The notes: generated from the sequence alone by a model not told the origin. DNA of 64,000 bases from Rhodosorus marinus CCMP1338 (GCA_029953675.1 JAMWBK010000010.1:868001-932000), one strand, 5' to 3'; counted from the first letter of the stretch, positions 37,700 through 52,100 are shown. Numbers and translations: made by a program.

Positions 37700-38523
37700 A
37701 CAAACCAAGAGTGTTTGGAAATGTACATGACGCTGTTAAGGCAAAAAAATTTCTCTTGCTTTCAAATTAACATCGAATACTGCGGAGGAAAGTTGCTCGA
37801 GATGTTCTATCTCATTTCGGGCACATGAAGTAATACACAGAACTCCCAGATTATTAAAAATGACGTTCCGGGGTGAATCCATGAGTCCCTGTTTTGTAGA
37901 AAGGTTAGGCTCAGCAATGGACGTGGCTCGACGCCCTGCACCGTAACCCATCCAAATTCCCCTGGGGCTCCATGTGCGGACGAGAATCTCAGCAATCACC
38001 AGCTTCAGTAAGCAAAAAGGCTCTGACTCGAAGAGTATAAACTCTGCTAAAGTATGTCTGCCGTAAGAGCACGAACTTGGACTTGGATTGTCGGCTACGC
38101 ACTTCGAGGGAAGCACTGGCGAATTACTGAGTAGATGGATAGTCACAGTTAAGCTGTAGCCACGTTAATGAAGGCTAGTCGTTTGTGCTTTGCAGTGCCC
38201 TGCGAGCATATTCCCTCTTGGAATTCCTTGCATCTGAGTCCACAGAAGATGAGCATTGAACAGTGAATGCTTGTGCCGAGTTCGAACCGTTTCGCCGAAC
38301 AGAGATGAAAGAGTTCGTGAATAGCTTACCCATCAGTCCAGGGAGCAGCTCGGGATCGCCGGTGTGTACCACAGCCGAGCTGTTTATGTACCACAGCCAG
38401 AGCGGACGGACGCCCAATGAGGGCGGGTGATCGGTTTCTGCTTGGTATTGTGTACTGAGTTCCGAAGTCTTTACCCGCAAGCGTTGAGAGCATTGTGGTT
38501 CTTTGTTTTGCTGCTCAAAAAAG

Positions 38524-39376
38524 ATGGTCGATATCTGTTTCGCTGCTGTGGCCTTTTCATTGGGGTTCAGGCGGACAACAAGAACCTGCGCTTCCAGAAA
38601 GGCGACAATGTACTCCGAGCTTCGAAATCCAGACGGTGGAGAACGGCAAGTTGGTCTTGAGTTGACCCTGCCATCTGAAAAGTACACGGAGACGCTCGGC
38701 GCCTTTCTGGCGCTCAACTCCGAGGTAGATGGATAACCACGAAATCGCGCTGCGCGATGTGTTGATGCTAACTTTTTCTTCCGTGGTGAATGATCAATCG
38801 CTCTAGGTTGGTGATGCCCTACTCCTGCATGGTGACTTGGGCTCTGGTAAGACAACCTTCGCGAGAGGTTACATTCGATGTTTTTTGGGTGACCCGAACT
38901 ATTTTGTGACCTCCCCAACGTACCTGTTGGACAATGCCTACCCCGACGAAGGCAATTCCATTCTTGAGGGGGTTGCCGTCCACCATCTTGATCTCTGGCG
39001 GCTTCAGGAAGGCGATACGCGATCTCGGCAGGTTGCAGATTTTGATCTTCTTTTCGAGCAAAGTGTTACCCTGATTGAAGTGAGTACATTCAACGCATAG
39101 AGAGGACGGAAACTAGTCTGTGGGGATCTCAAGTCTCTTCGCCTCTGTTCGTGTCTTAAAAAGTGGCCCAGTCGCCTTGCCGAATCAGACATGCCAAGAT
39201 CGCGCCTGGATATCTACCTTACTGCTCAGGAGAACGGGAGAACAGCTCGTCTAACTGGAACTGGAAGCCGCTGGGAGGAACAGCTAGATCAACTGAAGAA
39301 ATCCTGCTCAATATTGCCAGGCGGTTCAAACCTAGAGCTACCTCTCAGTGTAGTTCCAGATGACTGCTGGCTTTGA
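38524..39376 (+). CDS. tsaE: Bacterial-type tRNA t6A biosynthesis ATPase TsaE (YjeE), putatively organelle-targeted; 3 exons
   Basis: ETLGAFLA..|VGDALLLHGDLGSGKTTFARG, VTSPTYLLDNAY, VHHLDLWRL, VTLIE|WPSRL. N-terminal extension MVDICFAAVAF... Confidence 0.88.
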
Positions 39377-40697
39377 GCCACTCACGTGCTCACAGTAGGA
39401 TCAGCGATTTAACTTTTTTTTAGAGAAAGCGCTAAACCGGAATACGCTGTGAGAATGGCTTGGGGGAGGTTCGATGTGAATACCCTGCTCAGGGACCAGT
39501 CTCCAACAACTTATTTAAGCAGTGTCTTTGTGAATGCAGACTAAACGCAGAGTGAAAATTATTTTGGTCAACCTGGTTGAAGGTCGAGATCTTCACCCTC
39601 AGAGCTGATTTGGCTTGCGCGTTTCCGATCCTTTCGGGCAATTAGTTTCATTTCTTGGCGAAATGGCATATCGTTCTCTATCCCAGCTCGTTGGCAGGTG
39701 ACGCTCTTCAAACAGGCGTGAGCTGTTGTTCTTTCTGAGAAGGCTTCCCTCTGTGATGCAGTCATGGTGCCTGCCCTAGTATCGATGTGATGAGGCTCTA
39801 GCACGCACTTCCATAACGAGCGAGCTCAAGGCAGTTGTCGTACACCACGTCTTGGTTCAGAACTGACACCGTAACATTCAAGGCCAAACTGCTCCCAGAA
39901 AGAATGCTTATTTACCTATTTTCCTGGGGTTCATTAATCAAATGCAGGTTGAGTCCTAATCTAGAAAATACCTCTTTTCGAGCAAAATAAAAGCATTAGA
40001 AATGGACAAAGCTCATACATTTAGACGGCTCACTCACTTCCAGATATAGACAGTTGTCCAGCTCAATTTTCATCAAAAATATATAGTATCAGTTTCAACA
40101 GCAAATATTTTGATTACATATTTAGAATACATTTATTTCTCAACCAATCATCATCCTGTATATCACAGAAATTTTCTCCTCCAAAACATACTTCTTGACG
40201 TGCGTTTTGAGTATTTTCACGACGCCGTCGTCGTCCCATTTCACTCCTAGATTAAATACTAATCCAATAAAACTCTTCCACTAAATGAAAAATAAAAAGG
40301 ATACACTCATATCCAAATCAAGAACAAAATCCTCAAACTCTGGGCAACAAAATAGGCACCTACCCCGTACTAATGAGGAATTGATATTCTATTAGTTGAA
40401 GTTTTCGGCAGCACAATGAGTTTCTTGCAGTGAAATGGAGGGGAGGGAGAGTAGTGTCTACTGAGCGATGATAGGTAGCCATTATTTAGATTGGTGTATT
40501 TTCTTTTTTTTTGCTTCAAGGTCAATTGCTTTCTCGTCGTTGCCGACCTTCTGACGTTATCGACGAGGGAAGCTATGACGAGTAATAGGTTGGGAACGGT
40601 TGTGAATAGGGCATTGTTGGCGGGGGTTGGAAGGGACTAAGTTTCGTGAAGGAGGTGGGCTTCTTGATAGTTAAAATCTTGAGGCTGATATAGAACC

Positions 40698-41746
40698 ATG
40701 GGTACGTAATCGTAGCTGTGTAAAATTTTCGGGGGGTGTTTGTCTTTCGAGTCGTTGATCGGGGTTTTTCGCTGATCAGTGAGTTGCCTTTGTTCTCATT
40801 GTTTGTGTCTGTGTGTGTTAGGTATCTCGCGGGATAAGACGCATAAGCGTAGGTTGACGGGAGGCAAGCGCCCGTACTACCGAAAGAAGCGTAAGTTTTG
40901 TATGGGAAGACAGCCTACTCTCACGAAGCTTGGGCCGAAGGTGAGTCTTGGGGGCTTTCGAGAATGATTTGAGGGGATGCTTTGGTCATTTGGGGTTGAC
41001 ATAAAATGTGATTGTTAAAGCGGCCCCCTCGTTTCACCTTCAGATTGTGCGACCTGTACGAGTGCGTGGTGGAAATATCAAACAGCGCGCTCTGCGCCTT
41101 GAGACCGGAAATTTCTCGTGGGGATCCGAAGCGATCGCACGGAAAACTCGTCTGCTTGGAGTAACTTACAACGCGTCCAACAACGAACTTGTTCGAACAA
41201 ACACTCTGGTCAAGGGCGCTATCGTGTTCATTGACGCGAACCCGTTCAAGGCCTGGTACAATCAGCACTATGGTATCGAGCTTGGAAAGAAGAAGCATAA
41301 GGTACGATAGGATTGGACCGCATCCGGATGAGCGCAGAGCTGGATTTTTGTTATATGAGTTTGATCTGTGAAGAACTGGGATTACTCAACAGGGACTGAC
41401 ATGTTTTCGCCATTTCGTCATGAGCAGGAGGGTGATGAAGAGGGAACGAAGAGAAGCGCCTCGGTAATGAAGAAGATCGAGGCGAGGGAATCTTCCAGGA
41501 GTCTCGAGCGTCAGATTGAGGACCAGTTCATGACCGGACGGGTACGTCACATAAGCAGAGAGCGGGATCAATGATGCTCAAATAATGCTGACGAATGCTC
41601 CTTTGTCTATCGGAAAATAACAGTTGTTGGCGAGAGTTTCGTCTAGACCGGGACAGTGCGGCCGATGCGATGGCTACCTTTTGGAGGGAAGAGAGCTGGA
41701 CTTCTACGTCAAGCAGCTTTCGCATAAGAAGAAGAAGACGAAGTAG
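40698..41746 (+). CDS. RPS8: 40S ribosomal protein S8 (eS8), multi-exon
   Basis: ATG-G|intron|[84 protein letters not shown]; stop at 41746. Confidence 0.97.
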
Positions 41747-42378
41747 ATTAACAGATCTGCCGAAAAGTTGTAGGTCACCGATTAAGCTTTTGCGCATCTC
41801 CAGCAAATGAGTGCGCTCTTTTCCATACCCTTTTTTTTATAAAAGTGAAAATTACAAGATTGTCAAATAACTGCCTGGTTGTAATAGTCCTCGGAGAGAT
41901 GGACTCTCCTCCTTGAAGAACGGAAGCATAGCAGCTCAGCTCCACCCGCTCGTTCCGGTCAGTCATTGCCTGAGATTTCTCCGGAATAAGCACACGAGAT
42001 CTCGTTTTGGATATCCTTGACGGAGCCTTTCTGGGCCCCCCTCCCAAGAAACAGCACCATCAAGTATCCTTCCTTCGCCTGGAGACGAAAACGTCCGCCA
42101 AGCGCTGGTGGAGGGAGATTTTGAATCAACGTTGATCAATGTGGATTCATATCTGTTCTGCAGTTCTCACCCGAGCAAGGGAATATTGACCTAAAGCGCG
42201 GTATATCCATGCCAGAAACGAATCCTCGAAAACCGGGACTAGCAAGTTTTATTCACATCGTCCTTCAAATGGATTAAAAAAAGGCCTTCAATCTATATTC
42301 CATTCGTTGGTCCGTTGTCGTCAGCCCGGTCGACTACTGCCGCTCTTCTCCTAGTCACAGGGTCTCTGCTAACTTCCT

Positions 42379-44434
42379 CTATGAGCTGGTCTTGACTGCC
42401 CAACTTTTCGATTCCATCTGGTGAATCCCGCAGGGTCTCGTTCTGGTCACAGCGGAGGTGAGAGTTCCGGGGGAAAACTGTCAGGATTTACAAGATACGA
42501 CAATAGTTGAGCCAACTATACTTACAACAATATCATAATCGTCGTTTCCTAAAAACGCCCCGATCACGCCCAGGAACCCATCATGTTGCAAGAACAATGC
42601 CTACGAATTGATGGTTCAAGGTACAAAGTTAAAATAACCAAGTCTCTCCCAAACAACAAAACATACTGGGCTTCGGCGATTCTCTCGCACCTGCGTCTCC
42701 CCGTTGGACCAAAATCGAACAGCAAACGAGATCGCAGCGAGGGTATATGGGTGGTCTCGAATGAAGTTTCCGCCAAAGTAGATTCTCTGGACGTCGTATC
42801 TAGTAGAGGGTGACAAGTCAGCGGACACTACTCAAAAAAACAGAAAACGGAGAGCCGCAGCGAGGCTGCGCCATGTTTCGAAGCTTGTCAATACCTTTTC
42901 GAATTTAGGTACGCGATCTGACCAATGTTGAAGGCAACCATTCGGAGCAAGCTCAGGGCAACGTCGTTTGCGCTGAAAGCGGACCTAAGGCCCAAGTTTG
43001 CCAGTTTCTCCTGTGTTTTCTTGTCGTACCCCATCCTGAGCACGAAGAGGACAACCCAAAGTATCTTCCAATTTTAGGATCCAACAGCCCAGGGAAGCAG
43101 CTGTGGAACATTTTCTATTAACATACCATCGCAGGAATCGACCCAACGCGGGGGTAGACAGCAAAAAGTTCAACCATAGGTAGCTACTACCCTTAATCGC
43201 ACGTACAAACTGCTTCCACATTCCTGCCCAACCGTAGACATCCGGGGCCTCTTTCTTCATTACAACCTTGCCAAACGACGCAGCGATAACACTTGCATCC
43301 AAGCCTGCTAAGCGTGTAAGAAGGAAGAACAAGAAGTTAGAAATCACTCTCCGCTTTAAGCGCAGCGTCCTCCTCGCCCCCTGTCTTACCAATTTTCCCG
43401 TATTCGCCACCGTAAATATCTCCAACAAGCATGTCAACCTTGGAATTATTGCCAGACTTGGTCAATTCTATTACTTCGTCAAAAGTCTTGCAGTTCGTCA
43501 GCAATCGACTCAGACCCCTGGATTAAAATGTCGTCACATCAAAAGGGCAGGAAGACGATATAAGCCAACGGAGATTCAAGGCAAATCAAGACGTAAAAAG
43601 GATCAGCTTTGTCGATGACCAGAGATTGAGCAAAAGGGTTACTGTACCAAAAAGTTCCTCCTCCTAGACTAGATCCACTGACACGTTCATACTCCCCAAA
43701 CCCTGTGACCTTGATGATACTGACTCCTGATCCGATATTAACAAGCAGGTAAGGGAACGGGTCGTCGCTCGCGTCCACAAACTTGCGCGAGTTCTCAAGA
43801 TCCGGGAACACAGACGGGCTAGCTGGCTCTGACATTGCAGCCGACAAAAGCGGCTCGTGATCAAATATATAGACTTCCCTTTGGGCCTAGCAAAGCAGGA
43901 GTAGTGTGATTTGGGTGGGTTGAAGGGGTAAGCTTCAGGCTCTGTTCTCTGGAGTTGAATGTGCTGAGATTTAAGAGTACATACCTTTGTCAAGAGAAAG
44001 TTGAGTCCACGGACAAGACAGTCCATTTCATCCAGATGGTTAAGCACGACTGCAAGCTCCTCACGGAAATTCTCAGCATACTTAACAGCCCCACCTCCAG
44101 TCGCACGGACATCCTTGGATGAAATGCCGGAGCCCCAATTTTCTCTCAAAAACTTAACCAAATCATTAATGTTTCGCGTCTCAAAGGCGAAGAAGTTCAG
44201 TATGAAGCCGATCTCTGGGATATGGACCGACAGCTGAGCACCGGGCCAGGTCTCGTCCAATTTTTTGATCCCGAGTTCCTGCCGGGCTTCATCTTCCCGT
44301 TGTACGTACAAAAGTTTTGCCAGAGACCCGCCGATATCAATAGCAAATCGACGGGACTCAGGCCGTAAATTGACAGCTGCCAACAATCTCAAGGCAGTTG
44401 CCTTGTCGATAACCGCCGACTGCCGCCTGCGCAT
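42379..44434 (-). CDS. PANK: Type II (eukaryotic, fumble-family) pantothenate kinase, multi-exon; 3' end approximate
   Basis: [94 protein letters not shown]. Confidence 0.93.
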
Positions 44435-45038
44435 TTCAGCTAAAATCCAAGTGTCGAAAAGGAGAACGGAAGAAACCGAAAACCTCTAAACGTCGGGAGA
44501 GCTGGGCCTAGACCCCCTTTCCCTACTAAACCCAGACCCCTATACACCTCTCGGCGGAGTCAAAGCCCAACCGCCCACAGGCTGTACACCGTATACAATC
44601 ATGTACGAATAGTCCGCATCATGTTCAACCCACTAGATTCAAACATCAGTCCGCAATCTGAATAGCAACACTCCCCTCCCCCGGCAAACAAAGCCCCGGC
44701 CCCTTCCAGAAACTGATCTCCACACAGAAGTTACCCGGACACCCCTCACGGATTCCTAACCACAAAAAAAAGAACTACCAAAGCTCAAAGAGTCCCAACC
44801 CCCACGAAACCAATCCGCCCCTTTTCAATCCGAAGAAAAGCAAAGACAAAAGGGATCCCCACACAAACTCCTCCCACCAACACTAACAGTACAAAATCTT
44901 GCTTGCAGTAAGTCTCTTCCAAACTTCTAACCCTCCTAACCCTCCTAACCCCCCTCAACCAAGAATTTATTCTCCACTTCTCAACTTGAGATCTATCCAA
45001 CCCTTCCCCATACACTTCATATCTATATAGATATCTAC

Positions 45039-45184
<146 letters not shown>

Positions 45185-46708
45185 GGCTCTGTTCTTCCCT
45201 TCCCTTCGGCCGCCCCGATAAAGAAAAAAAAAAAAAGGGTCAAATAGAAAAGCCTCTTTCCCCAACTAAAAACCACAGGGAGGAAGAGAGACCTTCAAAA
45301 ACCCTTCAAAAAGGACAGAAACCAATGGGGCATTCTCTGAGCCCCCTGAGGAAGCGATATACATTTTCTCATTTTTTACAGAGGGATCAATCAAACGGTA
45401 CAATTATTTAAAATTTATAAACCCAATTTTATAGTTTTTAGTAAATAAAATGGAATTTCAGTATGATAGTTTATAAAATTTATGTATTACAATGTTTGTG
45501 GGCGAGGTAGACTTTAGTTTACTTGTTGTTATTTCAAGAATACTTATAATTCTCTGACATTGCTCCAATATTTTTAATCTAAAAGCATCCTCGATAGGGG
45601 GACGAACAGATCAGAGGAGGCGTGACATAATTTCTTTTTCTTTTTTAATGAACAGGTATTTTATTTTGGTGTAGTAAATTGACAGAACCAGCCGGATACA
45701 GTTTATTTTTTTCCAAAGTTCTTGTGTCTTCCATTGAACTGCCTCAGGGTTGGTTATTTATGAAACCCTCTTTCTTGGTTTGTGGAAGAATGTCTGTTTA
45801 AAAATAATGATAAACCAATTCGTTTTAGTATACTATTATGTACTATTGTCAACGATGTCCTTACCTTTCCAATATAAAAAAATTGACTACCAAACCCCCC
45901 ACCCTCCAGAAACCTACAATCTCGGCTGGGGGAGCCATCACCCGTAATCAATCACTGCATTTACCGTAATTGGCGAACTAAAAAAGTGGCCAAAAACCAA
46001 TTTTTCAATGGACCACATCCGCTATTCAACAGTATTTACGGTAGCACCAGGCGCAACCATTTCTGCCAGGGTCAATTTTTTCCGCCCCTCCCCCCCCCTT
46101 AAGTCAAAACGGTCCAAAACATGTAAAAATATGTTTTCTGTGGTGCTTTTGAAAAATTAGTATAAGACGACAAATTGATGAAATGGGTCACGTGAAAAGC
46201 GAATAATGACTGAAGCGTACGATCTCAGTTTTTCATTGGTGTACGCTTGTCGTTCAGTCACTATTTATAGAAATATACTGAATGTATAGACATTACGGTA
46301 AAGGAGAAGTATTTTTGTTTAAAGCAATCTGAATATTTTAAGACTCTCAGAACCTTGGTTATCGTATTATGTGGTAACTTGTTTCTTGGTGATTGACTCT
46401 TTTCCGTTCATCTAATTTTGGCAAATGCAATCCGATCATTTTCTCTTCAGAAAAGGTTTGTTTGGTCAACTCGATTTGTGTTTAGAGTTGTTTCAGCTAT
46501 ATGGTGCGATGGGCGAGTGCAGAGGGGGAGTGTTGGGGATGGAGGTGGGAGGAGTGTGAGCGGGAGGCCATGTTTCCCTCGTTTTTATTTTTATTTTAGT
46601 TTTATTCTGTTGTGTAAGGTAGCGGAAGAAAGAAATCTGAAGATATGTGTATGGATTGTCTGATTTCAGGGATTTCAGGTTTGGAACGAGGGTTGTAGAG
46701 TTGTTAGG

Positions 46709-48378
46709 ATGTTGGCTGGGCTCAGGATCAGGCCCATACCGAAGATGGTGAGAAGGCACGGGGTGAAATGTGCCACGGCGATACTGTTGCTCTTGGTTCT
46801 CAGAATTATGTCGAGGCACGTGTTTATCAGAGGGAGTGTGGAGCAGGGATCGTTGAACGCTGAGGGCTTTACGCGGATGAGTTGGAGAGGAGCTGGGAAT
46901 GTTCAACAGACGCCACTGAGCGCGGATCAGGAAGCGATTGTGGAGATGATGCTCCACGCATGGTCTGCGTATAAATCGGTTGCCTGGGGAAAGGATACTC
47001 TTAGACCAATTTCTGGGACGTACGAAACATGGTTCAACACTGGGTTGACAATCATCGACTCAATTGATTCTCTGTGGTTGATGAACCTCACGGATGAATA
47101 CAAAGCTGCGCGGCACTGGGCGGAAACGTCTCTTGACCTGGCGCAGAATCACTATGTGAATGTGTTTGAATGTACAATAAGATGTTTGGGCGGGTTCCTT
47201 AGCGCTTATGCTTTGAGTGGCGATATTCTATGGTTGAAAAAAGCGGAGGATCTAGGAGGTCGCTTGCTTCCCGCTTTTAGGAAGCACGCATCTGGACTGC
47301 CGACGCAAGATGTGAATCTAAAGACTGGGGACGCAAAGGGATCGGAAGTGTCCACCTCTGAGGCAACAACCCTGTTACTCGAGTTCCGCACGCTTGCTTA
47401 CTACACGGGGAGGTCTGAGTTCGCCGAGGTTGTGGAGAGGGTAATGGATGTTGTGCGGAAAAACCTTCCTAAGGACAAACTTGTTACTTTGTACATGAAC
47501 CCTGTGACAGGTGGATTTATCGGGAATACTAAGTCATTGGGTGCACGGGCTGACTCATTCTATGAATACCTGCTGAAAGCCTGGCTTCTTTCCGGTCGGA
47601 CGGATGAAAGGTGGAGGAAGTGGTATGTTGAAGAGGCCCAAGCGGTGAACAGCCAACTTGTAAAAACCAACTTTGCCGGGATGACGTACCTGGGCGAACT
47701 ACGAAGAGATTCGTACGTAGCGAAGATGGACCATCTGTGCTGCTTCTACCCTGGGGTACTCGCTCTGGGTTCATTGTTCGACGTATCCGACGGAGCGGGG
47801 CAACGAAACTTGAAAGAAGCAGGACATGACGTCGAACATTTAACTTTGGCAAAGGAGCTCACGGATACATGCTTCGAAATGTACAATATAACTAACTTGA
47901 AATTGGGACCCGAGATAGCTCACTTTGACGGTTCATCTGTTTTTATCAAACCCAATGATGCACACTCTTTGCTCAGGCCAGAAGCAGTAGAAGCCTTCTT
48001 TATTATGTAAGCTCTCGCGGCGACGCTCCATTGAATCCTATCTGGTCCCGTCCTAATCCTTCTCCCCGCAATCTCGATGATCTCGATGAATCCCTACGCA
48101 GGTACAGAGTCACGAAAGATAAGAAATATCGAAATTTTGGTCGGAGAGTTTATACTGCGATCAACAAACATGCGAGGGTGGAGAACGGGTTTGCATCCGT
48201 TAGATCTGCAAATGCAGAAAGTCCCATGTATATAGACAAGATGGAGAGCTTCTTTCTCGCGGAGACCCTCAAATACTTGTTCCTTCTCTTCTCAGAAGAC
48301 GAATCATTCCTGAGATTGGACCGGTGGGTCCTCAACACTGAAGCCCATCCACTCCCAGTTCAGGATAGCGAGTTGTAG
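46709..48378 (+). CDS. Class I alpha-1,2-mannosidase (GH47), type II membrane anchor; 2 exons
   Basis: TM segment AILLLLVLRIM; HAWSAYKSVAWGKDTLRP, TIIDSIDSLW, NVFECTIRCLGGFLSAY, GARADSFYEYLLK, MDHLCCFYPG, LLRPEAVEA, MESFFLAETLKYL, NTEAHP. Intron ~48007-48102. Confidence 0.95.
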
Positions 48379-49103
48379 TACATTAGTACGCAATGACCCA
48401 TCTTCTCGTCTGCTTGTTAGGCCCTGTTCCTAGATACCATCCACGGTAGCCCCACCGGATAATCGTAGGGCATGATCGTTCCTTCATGAATCGGCTTCCC
48501 GATAACGAGCCAATGCATGGATTTTTAACTTCAGTGCTCGGATCTACTAACTCTTGATAAGGCCGTATCATACTAAAAGTTGTTCTAACCGAGTTTCAAC
48601 GGCCCCATGAAGCGAAAGGCAGCGAAGGGCAATCTTTGCAATCTTTCCAGTGGAAGTCCCCCAACCATGCATTTTCTATACAAGTGGAATCTTCCGAACC
48701 CTGTGAATCCTCCTTCAGGTGCTTCCAGTCGCTGATCCTCCTCGCAAATCGGCCATATTGTCTCGCCTGATACTGTAGCTTGTAAGCGCACCTGGTGGGT
48801 TTCTCATTCCCACTTGACGATGCTTGCAGCAGTTCAACACCTTTGAGTTGCCTCCCAGGGCTAATTGGGAAGACCAAGCTTGGTCTTGGCGGTACTCGGC
48901 CACCAGCACAGAACCATGCGGTCAATACTGTTGCATTGTTTTTTTATTGACTAGCGATGATGCCCCGGTCTTTGGAACTTGGGGGCCATGGCATCTTCCG
49001 CATTTCTAGGTTGTGGGTATTGTGTTAAGTAACGTGAAAACCTACTTGTGATTACTGGTCTTCTTCCGACTAGTTAGTATTGATCCCACTCGCGTCGGTG
49101 TTG

Positions 49104-52100
49104 TTAATCAAAGAAATAGTCAGATTCAAGAACACCCTTCAGGTCAAGGTGTCCGTGTTCAGGGACATCAGGGAAATCGACGAAGGGATAGCACAGCTGG
49201 AAATGTTCCTGCAGTTCAGACAGGAGCTTACGACTGTGTAGGTCAACAAATGATTCACGCAAAATTCGGTTCATCATTGGTACCTGGGAGAGAACGAAAA
49301 CTGAATATTGAGACACTATAGCTCAAGCAGAAAACCCTTCTTCTAGGACCACCTACGTGAGCTGGGAAAGTCCAGAAGGAATCGTGTACAGCGCTGAAGC
49401 CTAGCCCGGCCTCACTGCAGCGAGCTGCGCACATCAACATATGCGTCGAGTCCAAAGAATGAATAAAGTTCGGAGGGAATGCTTCTCGCTGTCTTTGTCG
49501 ATGTATTCTGTCCGTTTCTGTGACATCCCTGTTCAACCTAACTCCTTGCAAGGTGCTGTAGACGCACTGCATAAATCCAGGAGGACAGATCAAAAGCGAC
49601 GGGATCCTCTTAGCTTGAATGCCTATCTTAAGCATGTCCTAGTGGAACCTCGTTGCTTACAGTCGATTGCCATTTCACATAGGGTTGCACACACGGCAAA
49701 CCCATTGGTGTGATCCAATGAACTGGTTGCCCGGCCGCCGATATCGCATCCGCGCTTCCAGACAGCCATCTTCTTGTTTCATCCGCATGTTTGAATAGAT
49801 CGCCAAGCGAGGACAGCGTACCCCGTGCAGCATAATCCGCTATTCGTGAGAGCGTCGCAGGCTCGACATTCCCCCTTAATGCTTTCAATTGTTTCTTGAT
49901 CTGTAGTTTTGCCCCGTAGGCGGTTACCCCGTATACAGAAGTCATCACCGTCTGCTTAACCGCTTTCCTAGTAAGCTACGCCGAAGCAAGAAACACGAGA
50001 AGGTTGGTCAATCAGCTAATTGAGTTTCAGCGCTCCTTTGCAAACGCTTGGGTTCCAAGCCGCGCTCAGCTCAACTAACCAATGGGAGCAGCAGCTCCGC
50101 ATTCTTATTTCCTCTAGCCGCGTCTTCCTTCACACTGGCCTTGACCCTCTCCAGAACAGTAGTATACACATCCCTTGGCGTTTCCTGGGGCACCAAATTC
50201 ACAGCACGGCCACCTTCGCCATCCCTACCAAGCGCGGCGTAGTGCTGCAGGCCGTTGCAAGATCCATCTTGATGAACAGGGAGTGAGCTGGTTTGGGCGT
50301 ACGCGTTGCTCTCTCCACCGGATAGAATTCTCTCCATTTCGAAACATGTGGCGAGTAACTGGAACGGGTCGTCTTTCGTAGCCCACCATTCCAAATTCTC
50401 CTCCGCAAGTGGATCCAAAGCCGCTTTGAAAGCCTATGAGTGGCACCCGAATAGCGAGTGAAGAGATTCAGAAAGAACTATCCACAAGCGTTGACGTGCA
50501 CAGATTCAGACATACCATTTTCATTGTATCATCTGCCGCGTGAATTCGTTCTGCAAGAGGCTTCTTATCTTGTCCTATTAAATTCGCCAGACGTATTTTC
50601 AACCAGTAGAGTCCTTCACGCCCAATCTCCGGTTGAGGACCAGCGAAGGTTAGTAGTCCACGACTTAAGTCGTCCCCGACATGACTGATGTGCGTGGACA
50701 TGGGATACGCCCGGCCTACAACAAAGAAGTAATTTGGTTATTGGAGCCGATTCAAAGAGGATCGCAGTGCACTTCGCACACCTCGAAAGTCCATGTTGTG
50801 CGGAAAATACAACTCCTCCTCGTCCTTCAGCTCCTTGGCATTCTCGAATTTGTACCATGTACTACATCTCTCAGAGTGCAGCTCCCGGTTGCCCTTCGTT
50901 ACTTCCACTTTTTTCTTTCTATACTCGCGATCAACGTCCTCCTGTGCGTATGCAAGTGAAGTTAGCGAACACACTAGGGAAAGTCACCCATTACCGATCG
51001 ACGCAGAGTAACCCTCACCAGCGGCACTCCTTCCGAAACACGTTTCTCAAAATATGCTTCCTTGGTTAGTAGCTCGTGATCGGTTCTTGAGATAAGCTTT
51101 GCCACAGCACCTCCGCGATCCCATAGAGTTTGTGCTAAATCAAGAACTCTGTGGTTAATCTTCCAAGGCTGCTTCCCGAGTGCATTCAGACCTGTTAATA
51201 AGTGCCAGGTTAGACACAACATGGCCCACTAACCATGGTGGAACGGAATCACGTGTGCATACCGCCATAAATCTGCTTCAAATCCGCAGATTCCAGCAAA
51301 GTCTTTTGGAGTGGGTAGGGCCTGGTTCTCATCATTCTCGCACGCGATATTAAATAGCCACCATTGTTTGGTGACTCCCAGTCTCGGGGGGGGATAATCA
51401 TTGGCCCATACTTCGGGGTAAGCTTCATCGCGTGAAACCTACACGTTTGTGTTCACAAGAAGTTAGAAAGAGATATGGTCGCTCACAAGGCATCCGCAAA
51501 ACAACTCATTCGCGCGAATCAGACCTAACGTCTTCGCTTAGTCGCTCATTGAGCCCGTCACTAAGTCGTAAGGTGCCAATCTGCCTCGCCTTAGTCGTTT
51601 TTGCTTTGTTATCAGCATATCTGATTTCATGGATGAACGCATAGGATTCCTTCGCTCCCTTGCCCATGCCCTTAGCGAAGCCGCCGCCACCTGGAATATC
51701 AAAGCCGGGAGCAGGTACAACTACAGAGAGCGGAAACACGGGCAGAAACACAAAGGATGAGCGAGAAAAATTCTTCTCCGAAATTCTCCTTCTCAAGGAA
51801 TCTTACATTCGTCCTTTTCAGCGTCCATCACAATCTTGCAATGTTCAACTACTAGAGCAAGCAAACGACTCCCAACCCTCGTAACCAGTACGTTGTCAGC
51901 TGTTACCTCTTCAGACCCTATTTCTGCAGCTGTTTTCAGCAGGTCATACTGCTGTTTCACGGAAGCCGGCGATCCTGTAGCCAGCTGCTTTTTGACAGTG
52001 GACACGACTTCCTGTGCTTTTCTCGCTTGCAATTCACTAACTGAACAAGAGAATTGTTCGCGGAAAAATATCAGCTCTTCAAATTCGCAGTTCCTCTTGC

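Noticed and set aside
38175-38918. 247-aa minus-strand ORF as a single gene
   Set aside because: Its 5' half is antisense to tsaE exons; only the non-overlapping part is kept as a low-interest finding.
39787-39866. Possible C/D snoRNA (GTGATGA ... CTGA, ~80 nt)
   Set aside because: No convincing terminal stem and no guide complementary to rRNA that I could identify; such motifs occur by chance.
44927-44960. CTAACCCT repeats as interstitial telomeric sequence
   Set aside because: About three imperfect 9-bp units in C-rich UTR-like DNA; not a true (CCCTAA)n array.
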